From NCBI GenBank assembly GCA_964450075.1, contig CAYVFA010000003.1, forward strand, positions 1 to 46,367: DNA of 46,367 nt. The letters run 5' to 3'. The first letter of the stretch is position 1; every line of letters begins with the position of its first letter. The DNA comes from an uncultured Smithella sp. GTDB lineage: Bacteria; Desulfobacterota; Syntrophia; Syntrophales; Smithellaceae. Below, in pieces: positions 28,777 through 36,531 of this stretch. Made by a program: the position numbers and the translations under genes. Under the pieces are notes generated by a model that did no database searches, was not told where the DNA came from, and worked only from the letters and a program-made list of their open reading frames with translations.

Positions 28777-29451
28777 ATGGATAGAAATATGGAAAGCGCA
28801 AATAAATATTGCTGGAAAGAAAAGGGAATCTTCGGCGACGGGTCGTGTCTGGAACTGGCCCGTCTGATCCATTGCCGACGTTGTCCCGTCTATGCCACTG
28901 CGGGAAGGCGGCATCTCGATCGGGAATTACCGGTAAAGTATCTGGAGGATCGGGCAAAAGTCATGGCCATGCCCAAGGAGATTGCCAGAATGGGAACTTT
29001 GTCCGTCATGGTCTTTCGCCTGGCGGGTGAGCGGTTTGCCATCAAAACCATTTTTTTTCAGGAAGCAGCCGAGCCGTCCCCGATTCATACGCTGCCGCTC
29101 AAAGTCAACCGTATTTTCCGGGGAATTGCCAACATTAATGGAGAACTTTTGCTTTGCGTTTCCATCGCGGATCTTCTCGAATTGACGATGGAAGAGGCTG
29201 GTGACGAACTGCCTGTGGTTCAGGCCAGAATGCTGGTGGTTGAAAGGGAAGGGCAGCGTTTCGTATTTCCAGTAGAACAGATTCTGGGCGTTCATCGAGT
29301 TGCCCCGGAGGATCTGGGAGAAGTCCCGGCTACGTTGTCCCGTTCGGCAAAATCCCTGACGCGCGGTATTTTTCAACTGGATGGCCGTCATGTGGGACTT
29401 CTGGACGAAGAGCGGCTTTTTCCAGCCATGACGAGGAGCCTTAATCAATGA
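28777..29451 (+). CDS. cheW: CheW-like protein with an N-terminal Cys-rich extension (WspD position)
   Basis: The N-terminus has C12-x11-C24-x7-H32-C33-x2-C36 (YCWKEKGIFGDGSCLELARLIHCRRCPVY). A CheW domain follows (LSVMVFRLAGERFAI ... GIANINGELL). Confidence 0.85.
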   Translation: MDRNMESANKYCWKEKGIFGDGSCLELARLIHCRRCPVYATAGRRHLDRELPVKYLEDRAKVMAMPKEIARMGTLSVMVFRLAGERFAIKTIFFQEAAEPSPIHTLPLKVNRIFRGIANINGELLLCVSIADLLELTMEEAGDELPVVQARMLVVEREGQRFVFPVEQILGVHRVAPEDLGEVPATLSRSAKSLTRGIFQLDGRHVGLLDEERLFPAMTRSLNQ

Positions 29452-31832
29452 CCGCCGCATCTGCCAATACCCCCATTGATCCTCTCATGCTGGATTTGTT
29501 CCGCGTAGAGCTGGAAACCAACACCCGGACGCTGGAGTCCGGGCTGGTGACGGCAGAACGGGACCAAACACCGGAAAGAATTGAACCGCTTATGCGGGCC
29601 GCTCACTCCATCAAGGGGGCTGCCCGGATTGTTGGCTTAAATACGGCCGTTACCCTAGCGCATGCCATGGAGGACGTGCTTTCAGCGGCTCAACACGGGA
29701 AACGATCCCTGACGCCCGATGCGGTGGACCGGCTCTTGAAGGGAAACGATTTTTTTGCAGCTCTTGCCAGCCTGGATATCAGTGAACTGCCGGCTGCTCT
29801 GGAAAAAGGGACTGATGAAATTCAGGCAATGGCGGATCAACTGCGGGCATTCCTGTCCGCGCCGCCGGAAACCGCCCAAGCGGTGATTCCCGAAACAACA
29901 ACCGTCCCGGCGGAGCCGAAACCTGTCGCCCCCATCACCCAAACAGCGCCGGTGCTCTCCACTGCCGTTACCCCTGCCGAGCTTTCTGAAAAACCTGCTT
30001 TGCAACCCCCGACCGATTCTTCCAGTCAGGACGGGACGTGTGCGGGGCCGACAACCGCGCCGGCTGTTCGCTCCCGACGCACACAAGATAAAGGCGAAGG
30101 CGGTCTGGTGCGCGTCAGAGCGGAAAACATGAATCGTCTCATGGCCTTGGCTGGAGAATGTCTTGTCCAGGCCCAATCCGTCAAATCAGTCTATCAAAGC
30201 CTGTTGACTTTAAAGAAGGGCATTGCAGAGCTGGAGAAGCCCCTGCAACTCTCGCTGGAATCGCAAGTGAAAAACGGGGAGGGTGTCCAGGATGCAGGCA
30301 TTCAGGAAAGTCTGCTTCGCGTTGCTGACGTTCAGCAAACGGTTTCACAGGATATTGTGCGGTTTGAACGTTTCTCCCGCCGCCTAGAGCATCTGGCCCA
30401 TCGTCTGTATAACGAAGTGATCAGCAGCCGGATGGTGCCTTTTTCCGATGGTCTGCACGGTTTTTCCCGAATGGTCAGAGACCTGGCCAGGGAAACGGGA
30501 AAACAGGTCAATTTCGAAATTGCCGGGTCCGCTACGCCGGTTGATCGGGACATCCTGGAGAGATTGGAAGCGCCTCTGTCCCACCTGATTCGCAATGCCA
30601 TCGATCATGGCATGGAAACCCCTTCGGAAAGACAGCAGGCAGGCAAACCCGCAGAAGGAACCATCATTCTGGAAGCCCGGCACGTAGCCGGAATGCTGAA
30701 CATCACGCTTGCCGATGACGGTCGGGGAATCAATCCGGAAGACCTCCGGGGCAAGGTGGTCGAAAAGGGGTATGTCACACCCGAAATGGCTGGGAGCCTG
30801 ACCCGTGCTGAACTGTTCGAATTCCTGTTTCTGCCGGGATTCTCGACCGCCAAAGCCGTAACGGAAATTTCCGGTCGGGGCGTCGGTCTGGATGTTGTTT
30901 TCAATATGGCCCATGAAGTGGGTGGTACCGTGCGCGTTGATGCCGAAGCCGGTCGGGGCGCCCGTTTTCATCTCCAGTTGCCGCTGACCCTGTCGGTTTT
31001 ACGAACCCTCCTGCTTTCGATTGCCGATGAGCCCTATGCGCTGCCACTATCGCGCATTGATCGGGTTTTGTCTCTGACCCACACTGATATCAAAGAAATT
31101 GAAGATCGCCCATACTGTACTCTGGATGGAGAGCATGTGGGCATCCTTGACGCCCGTCAGCTTTTTCAACTGCCACCTGTATCCGTCCCGGCAGGACGAT
31201 TTTCAGTGGTTATCATCAGCGACCGGCTGAATCGCTATGGCCTGGTCGTTGACCATGTTATCGGTGAAGAAAACCTTGTTGTGCGCCCCATCGACAGCCG
31301 TCTGGGAAAAATTCCCAACGTCAGCGCCGGCGCTATTCTGGACGATGGTTCTCCGGTCGTCATCTTCGATGTGGACGACCTGGTCCGGTCCATTCACCAG
31401 CTATTGACGACCGGCAAGCTCCAGAAAATCGGTAAGGGCAGCCAGGCCTTGCTGGCAGGAAAGAAGCGGGTCCTGATTGTCGATGATTCTTTGACTGTGC
31501 GCGAAGTGGAACGCAGGCTTCTGGATCATGCGGGCTACGAAGTCACAACCGCCGTGGACGGCGTGGACGGCTGGAATACCTTAAAAACACAAGCCTTTGA
31601 TTTACTCATTTCCGACGTCGATATGCCCCGCATGAATGGTATCGATCTGGTCCGCACCGTCAAGACCGATCCGCTCCTGAAGGAAATGCCCGTCATGATC
31701 GTCTCGTACAAGGACCGCGAAGAGGATCGCTTGAGAGGTTTGGAAGCGGGAGCCAACTATTACCTGACGAAAGGCAGCTTTCATGACGAAAGCCTGCTGA
31801 CCGCCGTACGCGACCTGATCGGAGGCCCCTGA
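29448..31832 (+). CDS. cheA: Hybrid CheA histidine kinase with a C-terminal receiver (WspE position)
   Basis: Hpt (RAAHSIKGAARIVGL) and a long Pro/Thr-rich linker without a P2 domain. Then dimerisation, HATPase (HLIRNAIDHG, DDGRGI, GRGVGLD), a CheW-like P5 domain, and REC (VLIVDDS ... ISDVDMPRMNG ... YLTK). Confidence 0.92.
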   Translation: MTAASANTPIDPLMLDLFRVELETNTRTLESGLVTAERDQTPERIEPLMRAAHSIKGAARIVGLNTAVTLAHAMEDVLSAAQHGKRSLTPDAVDRLLKGNDFFAALASLDISELPAALEKGTDEIQAMADQLRAFLSAPPETAQAVIPETTTVPAEPKPVAPITQTAPVLSTAVTPAELSEKPALQPPTDSSSQDGTCAGPTTAPAVRSRRTQDKGEGGLVRVRAENMNRLMALAGECLVQAQSVKSVYQSLLTLKKGIAELEKPLQLSLESQVKNGEGVQDAGIQESLLRVADVQQTVSQDIVRFERFSRRLEHLAHRLYNEVISSRMVPFSDGLHGFSRMVRDLARETGKQVNFEIAGSATPVDRDILERLEAPLSHLIRNAIDHGMETPSERQQAGKPAEGTIILEARHVAGMLNITLADDGRGINPEDLRGKVVEKGYVTPEMAGSLTRAELFEFLFLPGFSTAKAVTEISGRGVGLDVVFNMAHEVGGTVRVDAEAGRGARFHLQLPLTLSVLRTLLLSIADEPYALPLSRIDRVLSLTHTDIKEIEDRPYCTLDGEHVGILDARQLFQLPPVSVPAGRFSVVIISDRLNRYGLVVDHVIGEENLVVRPIDSRLGKIPNVSAGAILDDGSPVVIFDVDDLVRSIHQLLTTGKLQKIGKGSQALLAGKKRVLIVDDSLTVREVERRLLDHAGYEVTTAVDGVDGWNTLKTQAFDLLISDVDMPRMNGIDLVRTVKTDPLLKEMPVMIVSYKDREEDRLRGLEAGANYYLTKGSFHDESLLTAVRDLIGGP

Positions 31833-32869
31833 TGATCCTGAAAATTGCCGTCGCGCATCATGACGCTATTGCTCTGAAAACAATGCAACAGATCATTACG
31901 CAGGAAACGGACTACAAGATCGTCTGGTCAACTGACAACGCGGGTGACGTGATCCGGAAATGCCGGCGCAACCCCCCGGACATGCTGCTGGTTGATCTGG
32001 CGCTGGCCAACATGAATGGCGACAAGCTGATTTGTGACGTCATGGGTGAAACCCCCTGTCCCATCCTGATTCTATCCGATTCCATCGTGAAACAGGCGGG
32101 AAAAGTTTTTGAAGCGATGGGATGCGGTGCGCTGGATGCCATTGCAACGCCGGTCATCCATCCCAACGGTCTTATGGAAGGCGCGGATGCCCTGCACAAG
32201 AAAATAACAACGATGGCCAAACTTCTGGGAAACGTGACGCAACCGGCGCCAGTGGCTGCACCCGGCACAAGGTCACCTGCGGATCACCTGCCACCTCTGG
32301 TTGCCATCGGTTCTTCAACGGGAGGCCCCAAGGCGCTGGCGAAAATCCTGTCGGGATTTCCTGAAGGTCTGGAAGCGTCCTTCATAATCTGCCAGCACGT
32401 TGATCTCCAGTTTGCGCAGGGTTTGGCTCAATGGCTGGATTCTCAAACACCGCTAAAAGTGGTCCTTGCCCGGGACGGGATGAAGCCCGAAACCGGTGTT
32501 GTGTTGGTTGCGGGGACTAACGATCACCTGGTGCTGGGAGAAGATCGTATTTTCCACTACACAGCCGACCCGCGGGATTACCCTTATCGTCCATCCGTCA
32601 ACACTTTCTTTGAAAGTTTGAAGAAATACTGGCCCCGGAAGGATGTGGCAGTTCTCCTGACGGGCATGGGACGGGACGGCGGGGAAGGCCTGACGGCATT
32701 GCGCAAGGCGGGCTGGCATACGATTGTTCAGGATGAAAAAACGTCCATTGTTTATGGCATGCCGGCGGCGGCAGTGGAACTGGGGGGCGCGGTGGAAATT
32801 CTGCCTCTGGAAATGATTGCCGGAGCAATATTTAAAAAAATAACGGTCAGTAAAGGAATTGTTCTATGA
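31832..32869 (+). CDS. cheB: CheB-type methylesterase with an N-terminal receiver (WspF position)
   Basis: Catalytic blocks AIGSSTGGP (Ser), ICQHV (His) and LTGMGRDG (Asp). The receiver has the acceptor context MLLVDLALANMNG. The start overlaps the cheA stop by 1 nt. Confidence 0.9.
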   Translation: MILKIAVAHHDAIALKTMQQIITQETDYKIVWSTDNAGDVIRKCRRNPPDMLLVDLALANMNGDKLICDVMGETPCPILILSDSIVKQAGKVFEAMGCGALDAIATPVIHPNGLMEGADALHKKITTMAKLLGNVTQPAPVAAPGTRSPADHLPPLVAIGSSTGGPKALAKILSGFPEGLEASFIICQHVDLQFAQGLAQWLDSQTPLKVVLARDGMKPETGVVLVAGTNDHLVLGEDRIFHYTADPRDYPYRPSVNTFFESLKKYWPRKDVAVLLTGMGRDGGEGLTALRKAGWHTIVQDEKTSIVYGMPAAAVELGGAVEILPLEMIAGAIFKKITVSKGIVL

Positions 32870-34089
32870 CGGAAAATGAAACACAAAACACACCCCGGTC
32901 CGCAGGTAAGGCGCCTGCGACAGACCTCACGGCGCATAAAATCAAAGTTCTGCTGATTGATGATCAGGCGATTGTCGGCGTCGCGGTAAAAAGGATGCTT
33001 GAACCGGAAACAGACATTGTTTTTGAATATTGCCAGGATCCCACAAAAGCCATCCCGACCGCCGCTGAATACGGACCGACGGTAATCCTCCAGGACCTTG
33101 TCATGCCGGACATCGACGGTCTGACTCTGGTAAAATTCTTCCGGGTTCATCCCCAGCTTAAGGATGTGCCCCTGATCGTCCTGTCTTCCAAAGAAGAGGC
33201 CGAAACCAAGGCGGACGCGTTTGCCCTGGGTGCAAATGATTATATGGTCAAGCTGCCCGACCGGATAGAACTGATTGCCCGAATCCGCTACCATTCGCAA
33301 GGCTATATCAACCTTCTCCAGAGAAACGAGGCTTACGCCGCTCTTTTAGCCAGCCGGCAGGCGCTGGCCACGGAACTTTCGCAAGCAGCGGATTACGTGG
33401 TTTCGCTCATTCCAGAAGCCATCCCTGAGGGAACCATCAAAACAGCCTGGCGCTTTTTCCCGAGTGCCCAGTTGGGCGGCGACAGCTTTGGCTACCACTG
33501 GATTGACGAGGACCATTTTGCGGTGTATCTTCTGGACGTTTGCGGTCACGGGGTCGGCTCTGCCCTGTTGTCTGTATCGGCCTTCAATGCTATCCGCTCC
33601 CAGACGCTTCCGAACACGGATTTCAGGATTCCCGAAAAGGTTCTGGCGACGCTAAACGACGCTTTTCTGATGGAGCACCACAACAACCTTTACTTCACGA
33701 TCTGGTATGGCGTTTTCAATCGAAGCACACGCGAGCTTCGCTTTGCCAGCGGCGGTCATCCACCGGCTTTTCTGGTGACGAAAGAAGGGAACTTGACCCA
33801 CCTGTTTACGAACAATATGTTCATCGGCGGCCTTCCCGAGAGTCTCTACAAAGGAGATACCGTTAACGTTCCACCCGGAGCCCATCTTTATGTTTTTTCC
33901 GACGGTGTTTACGAAGTGGACGCCCCCGGCGTCAAGATGTGGACACTGGAAGAACTGGGAGGCTACTTGCTGGAAAACAGATTGAATCAAGGCGAAGATA
34001 TAGATGCCCTCTATCGGAAGATGCAGGCCTATCACGGCCAGGACATCCTCGAGGACGACTTCTCCATGATGGCCATTCACTTTGCATGA
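32866..34089 (+). CDS. Response regulator fused to a PP2C/SpoIIE-family serine phosphatase (occupies the WspR output position)
   Basis: REC: VLLIDDQ, LQDLVMPDIDG, VLSS, YMVKLP. PP2C: GGDSFGYHWIDEDHFAVYLLDVCGHGVGSALLS, GGHPP, FSDGVYE, and a terminal DD-containing strand. The start overlaps the cheB stop (ATGA). Confidence 0.9.
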   Translation: MTENETQNTPRSAGKAPATDLTAHKIKVLLIDDQAIVGVAVKRMLEPETDIVFEYCQDPTKAIPTAAEYGPTVILQDLVMPDIDGLTLVKFFRVHPQLKDVPLIVLSSKEEAETKADAFALGANDYMVKLPDRIELIARIRYHSQGYINLLQRNEAYAALLASRQALATELSQAADYVVSLIPEAIPEGTIKTAWRFFPSAQLGGDSFGYHWIDEDHFAVYLLDVCGHGVGSALLSVSAFNAIRSQTLPNTDFRIPEKVLATLNDAFLMEHHNNLYFTIWYGVFNRSTRELRFASGGHPPAFLVTKEGNLTHLFTNNMFIGGLPESLYKGDTVNVPPGAHLYVFSDGVYEVDAPGVKMWTLEELGGYLLENRLNQGEDIDALYRKMQAYHGQDILEDDFSMMAIHFA

Positions 34090-34107
34090 AGCCGAATGAG
34101 GATATTT

Positions 34108-34584
34108 ATGGAAAAGAATTTCACGGATTCAGCGGCTATCACCATACCACCGCCGATATTTTTCTTTGTCTGTCTGGGATGCGGACTTCTGCTGGAATAT
34201 TTATTTCCCATTGCTCTCATCAATCTTCCGCACGTTCCTCGCGTTATTTTCGGCGGGATATTCATCGTGATTGCCGTCTGTTTTGCCGCCAGTGGATTTT
34301 TCATGCTGATCAGAAATAAAACAACTTTTAATACGTCAAAATCGACCAGCAAAATAGTAACAAATGGGGTCTATCGGTTTTCCCGGAACCCACTTTATTT
34401 CTCGCTGATGCTTCTCTTATCCGGTTTTGCTGTCTTGCTGTCTTCGCTTTGGCTATTCATGGCGATCCCGGTTTTGTATGTCCTCTTTTTATTTAAAGCC
34501 GTGAAACCTGAAGAGCAATATCTTTTGCGAAAATTTGGGGAAGAATATTTACATTATTCGGAAAAAGTAAGGCGATGGATTTAG
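34108..34584 (+). CDS. Membrane methyltransferase of the isoprenylcysteine carboxyl methyltransferase / phospholipid methyltransferase (ICMT/PEMT) family
   Basis: Four or five TM segments and the C-terminal signature GVYRFSRNPLYFS......G.......W ... EE..L...FGEEY..Y...V.RWI. ATG 34108 is preferred because GAGGA lies 5 nt upstream; the track start is 34096. Confidence 0.75.
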   Translation: MEKNFTDSAAITIPPPIFFFVCLGCGLLLEYLFPIALINLPHVPRVIFGGIFIVIAVCFAASGFFMLIRNKTTFNTSKSTSKIVTNGVYRFSRNPLYFSLMLLLSGFAVLLSSLWLFMAIPVLYVLFLFKAVKPEEQYLLRKFGEEYLHYSEKVRRWI

Positions 34585-34638
34585 CAAAACCAGTCCGTAG
34601 GAATCAAAAAAAAATACCCGATTTTGGAGATATAACTC

Positions 34639-34956
34639 ATGTGGGAATGGGCTGTCATTATTGTATCAGGGGTTTGTTCCTTATTGAGTTTCTATATGAG
34701 CTTTCTGGCCTTTACAGTTGGCGACCATGGCGTTTTTCTTTTTGCGGCTTTCGGATTGTTTGCCGGCGCTTTTTTCATAGTTTCCGTGATGAGAGTTCTT
34801 GCCGCGAAGAGCATGTTTATGAAACGGATCAATGATGAAATATCCGGAGAATCCAAACCTGTTTCTTTTGTGCCTCACCGGTTTATCATGCTGGCATTCA
34901 TTATCACGGGAATAGCAATTGTGGCTACCATGGTTATCCCCCTGTTTTTTCGATAA
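34639..34956 (+). CDS. Small hypothetical membrane protein (about 3 TM)
   Basis: Three hydrophobic stretches (WAVIIVSGVCSLLSFYMSFLAF; VFLFAAFGLFAGAFFIVSVM; FIMLAFIITGIAIVATMVIPLFF). GGAG lies 9 nt upstream. No recognisable family. Confidence 0.4.
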   Translation: MWEWAVIIVSGVCSLLSFYMSFLAFTVGDHGVFLFAAFGLFAGAFFIVSVMRVLAAKSMFMKRINDEISGESKPVSFVPHRFIMLAFIITGIAIVATMVIPLFFR

Positions 34957-35020
34957 GGGTGGCAGGGAAGCGGAGGGCTTTCAGCTGCCGCTGATCCTGA
35001 GGCTTAACAGAACATCAACA

Positions 35021-36328
35021 CTACATCAGCGCCATATTTTCGGCTTCTCGCATGAGGTCATCCCGGAATTTGGGATGGGCGATGCTGATCAGAGCAAGCG
35101 CTCGTGCCCGCGTTGATTTCCCCTTCAGGTTGACGATGCCGTATTCCGTCGCAATATAATGCACGTCCGTTCGGGGTGTCGTGATCATGGTCCCCGCCGG
35201 AAACTGGCTGACAATACAAGATACTTCTTCGTTTTTTGCCGTGGAGTATAAGACGAGGATGGCTTTGCCTTCGGGCGAATCGTAAGCGCCCCTCACAAAA
35301 TCGAGTTGTCCTCCGGTTCCGCTGTACTGGTGTCCTTCCAGATATTCTGCGTTGCATTGCCCCAGTAAGTCAATTTGCAGGATGGCATTGATGGCTGTCA
35401 TCCGGTGGTTCTGGGCAATGACGCCGGGGTTCATGACATACGAACTGGGAAAATTTTCAAAGCTTTTGTCTTTATCCATATATTGAAAAGTTTCTTTACC
35501 GCCATAAGCAAGAGAAAAAATATGTTTGCCTTGATGGACATTCTTATGCCGTCCCGTAATGACACCTTTTTTAATGAGATCAACCATGCCGGGACAGAGC
35601 AGCTCCGTATGAATGCCCAGATCCTTGTGTCCGTCCAGATAAGGCGCGATCGCATTAGGCAGGTTGCCAAGACCGAGTTGAATCACCGCCCGGTCCGGCA
35701 CATATTCGGCAACGATCTTTCCAATGACCGGCGCCAGCGGATTGGGTTGCATGGGTAATAATTCCAGCAGGGGGACGGTGTTCTCCACAATCATCTCGAT
35801 ATCGGAAATATGAATCATGGCGTCGCCGTAAACGAAGGGCATGTTCTCATTCACTTCGACAATTAATGTTTTGCACAGTGTTGCCATCACGGATAAGTAT
35901 CCATTGCAGGGGCCAAAACTGAAGTAGCCATCTTCATTCATCGGGGCGACGGTGGTGACGGCAACATTGACATCCATGGTTTCCATAACGATTTTCGGCA
36001 CCTGATGGAGATAGGCGGGAACAAATTGTGTCAATCCGACTTGCACCATATTCCGGGATGCTTTACTCACAAACCAGGTATAGGAATCGATGACATCGGC
36101 AATATCAGGACTGCCCAGCGTCTCGGCAAAATGTTTTTGGGCGTTGAATGTGTAAACTTTGATGCGGCTCAGGTAACCGGTTCTTGCCCGTTCAGCGATA
36201 GCAGCCAGCATGCCTGGTGGTTCGGAAATGGTTACGCCATGGATTAGCGTGTCCCCATCTTTAACAATGGCCGCAGCATTTTCAAATGATGTCAGTTTTG
36301 CTTTGTATTGCTCAGAATATTCAATCAT
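35021..36328 (-). CDS. Acetyl-CoA hydrolase/transferase family CoA-transferase (4-hydroxybutyrate / butyryl-CoA:acetate CoA-transferase type)
   Basis: Family hallmarks GIHTELL (catalytic Glu region), INA.LQIDL.GQ, and SG.GGQLDFVRGA; about 435 aa. Confidence 0.85.
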   Translation of the reverse strand: MIEYSEQYKAKLTSFENAAAIVKDGDTLIHGVTISEPPGMLAAIAERARTGYLSRIKVYTFNAQKHFAETLGSPDIADVIDSYTWFVSKASRNMVQVGLTQFVPAYLHQVPKIVMETMDVNVAVTTVAPMNEDGYFSFGPCNGYLSVMATLCKTLIVEVNENMPFVYGDAMIHISDIEMIVENTVPLLELLPMQPNPLAPVIGKIVAEYVPDRAVIQLGLGNLPNAIAPYLDGHKDLGIHTELLCPGMVDLIKKGVITGRHKNVHQGKHIFSLAYGGKETFQYMDKDKSFENFPSSYVMNPGVIAQNHRMTAINAILQIDLLGQCNAEYLEGHQYSGTGGQLDFVRGAYDSPEGKAILVLYSTAKNEEVSCIVSQFPAGTMITTPRTDVHYIATEYGIVNLKGKSTRARALALISIAHPKFRDDLMREAENMALM

Positions 36329-36531
36329 TTTGGAAGGTCTCCTGTTAAAACTGAAGTATGCTATCGCGCCCAGTTAATCCTTTCAAGTAAAATAATGAGG
36401 CAGGCTGCATGCCTGTGGACGACGGGTGATATTTTATGGTTCAGTTTGTCGAAATAGTTGATTTATTATTGGTAATAAGGTATCGAAAGAAAAAGACGGG
36501 CAACAAAATAACTACATGTGGATGAATCAAT

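Noticed and set aside
31832-32200. The CheB receiver appears to have His-His-Asp (AVAHHDA) where CheY-like receivers carry the acidic Asp-Asp pair, and LANMNG instead of MP.MDG after the acceptor Asp.
   Set aside because: The by-eye alignment register is ambiguous by one residue, so it could be H-D. WspF-type CheB receivers are, as far as I recall, also non-canonical here. The acceptor Asp context (LLVDL) is present. This is not enough to claim a degenerate receiver.
24815-32869. Interpreting the che cluster as a flagellar chemotaxis operon.
   Set aside because: The gene order and domain fusions are those of Wsp-type alternative-function systems: two CheW, CheR-TPR, CheA-REC without P2, and an output regulator at the end. 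No CheY, CheZ/C/X, CheD or motor genes are present.
34575-34835. An 86-codon ORF overlapping the end of the ICMT-like gene and the start of the 3-TM ORF.
   Set aside because: It is out of frame with both neighbours, has no ribosome-binding site, and its translation has no membrane or motif character. The 34639-34956 frame gives coherent TM segments.
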